A DNA stretch of 64,000 nucleotides from Collinsella sp. (GTDB lineage: Bacteria > Actinomycetota > Coriobacteriia > Coriobacteriales > Coriobacteriaceae): positions 2,578-66,577 of the forward strand of contig DBGCAP010000001.1 in the NCBI GenBank assembly GCA_048367555.1, read 5' to 3'. Positions 63,595 to 64,000 of this stretch are shown here, piece by piece. The first letter of the stretch is position 1. Each line of letters begins with the position of its first letter. Both the position numbers and the translations under genes were made by a program. Under the pieces are notes generated by a model that searched no databases, was not told the DNA's origin, and saw nothing but the letters and a program-made list of their open reading frames with translations.

Positions 63595-64000
63595 ATGGAT
63601 GCCGCAGCCCGTACCGCCCATGATTCCACCCTCCAGCCTTTTTCGGAGATGGAGCACTATAAGCATGCCGATGAGCTGCCGCCCGAGATTATGGCGGACA
63701 GCTACGACAAGCTGGAGCGTCTGTGCCTCAAATATATGAATGAGGACGACTTCTCCAAGGTGGAGCAGGCCTACTGCTTTGCCGCCGAGAAGCACTGTAA
63801 CCAAAAGCGGCGCTCGGGTGAGATGTACATTAACCATCCCGTCGAGGTAGCTATCATTCTGGCCGACCTCAAGATGGACTGCGATGTGGTGTGCGCCGCG
63901 TTGCTGCACGATACCGTCGAGGACACCGAGACCTCGCTTACCGATGTTTCGGGTCTGTTTGGCGAAACCGTGGCCGAGCTCGTCGACGGCGTGACTAAGC
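63595..64000 (+). CDS. rel: RelA/SpoT-family (p)ppGpp synthetase/hydrolase, N-terminal part; it continues beyond the window
   Basis: My own translation from ATG 63595 gives ...EQAYCFAAEKHCNQKRRSGEMYINHPVEVAIILADLKMDCDVVCAALLHDTVEDT, the HD hydrolase domain signature. recJ-rel adjacency is a common synteny in Gram-positives. Confidence 0.92.
   Translation, partial: MDAAARTAHDSTLQPFSEMEHYKHADELPPEIMADSYDKLERLCLKYMNEDDFSKVEQAYCFAAEKHCNQKRRSGEMYINHPVEVAIILADLKMDCDVVCAALLHDTVEDTETSLTDVSGLFGETVAELVDGVTK

Noticed and set aside
1-64000. CRISPR arrays, rRNA and tRNA genes, prophage or integrase/transposase genes
   Set aside because: Visual scanning found no regularly spaced direct repeats, no tRNA-like cloverleaf candidates that I could defend, and no recombinase or transposase ORFs. 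Absence should be confirmed with tRNAscan-SE, Infernal and CRISPR detectors.

Overview
This is a high-GC (roughly 60%) chromosomal segment. I did not recognise any rRNA, tRNA or CRISPR array by eye. The gene content suggests an anaerobic, Gram-positive-type actinobacterium, possibly Coriobacteriia/Collinsella-like: reverse rubrerythrin, an Etf-linked lactate-dehydrogenase-type module, LPXTG-type sorting signals, and single-chain PurL. That taxonomic guess is inference only.

About 55 protein genes are supportable. Housekeeping blocks:
- pdxS/pdxR
- Fe-ADH and ALDH
- tRNA-modification genes, including a bacterial Elp3
- purL, hom and the livJHMGF-type ABC transporter
- cutC, a recJ-recQ-like fusion, and rel

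The accessory stretch runs from about 20.7 to 34.1 kb. It contains:
1. A three-gene TerB / DUF2791-ATPase / Lhr-like helicase cassette whose architecture matches the Shango anti-phage system. The mechanism of that system is unknown.
2. Decayed genes: a truncated BspA-type LRR protein and a frameshifted LacI fragment.
3. An LPXTG-anchored adhesin.
4. A compact five-gene operon of uncharacterised secreted or anchored proteins, including an 85-aa LPXTG-like peptide.

A roughly 123-bp MITE-like element with about 20-bp perfect terminal inverted repeats occurs three times. In two cases it supplies the stop codon of the upstream gene. Degenerate end-like copies of it sit at the borders of the accessory blocks.

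Many long ORFs in the supplied track are antisense shadows of real genes, which is typical of high-GC DNA, and I rejected them.
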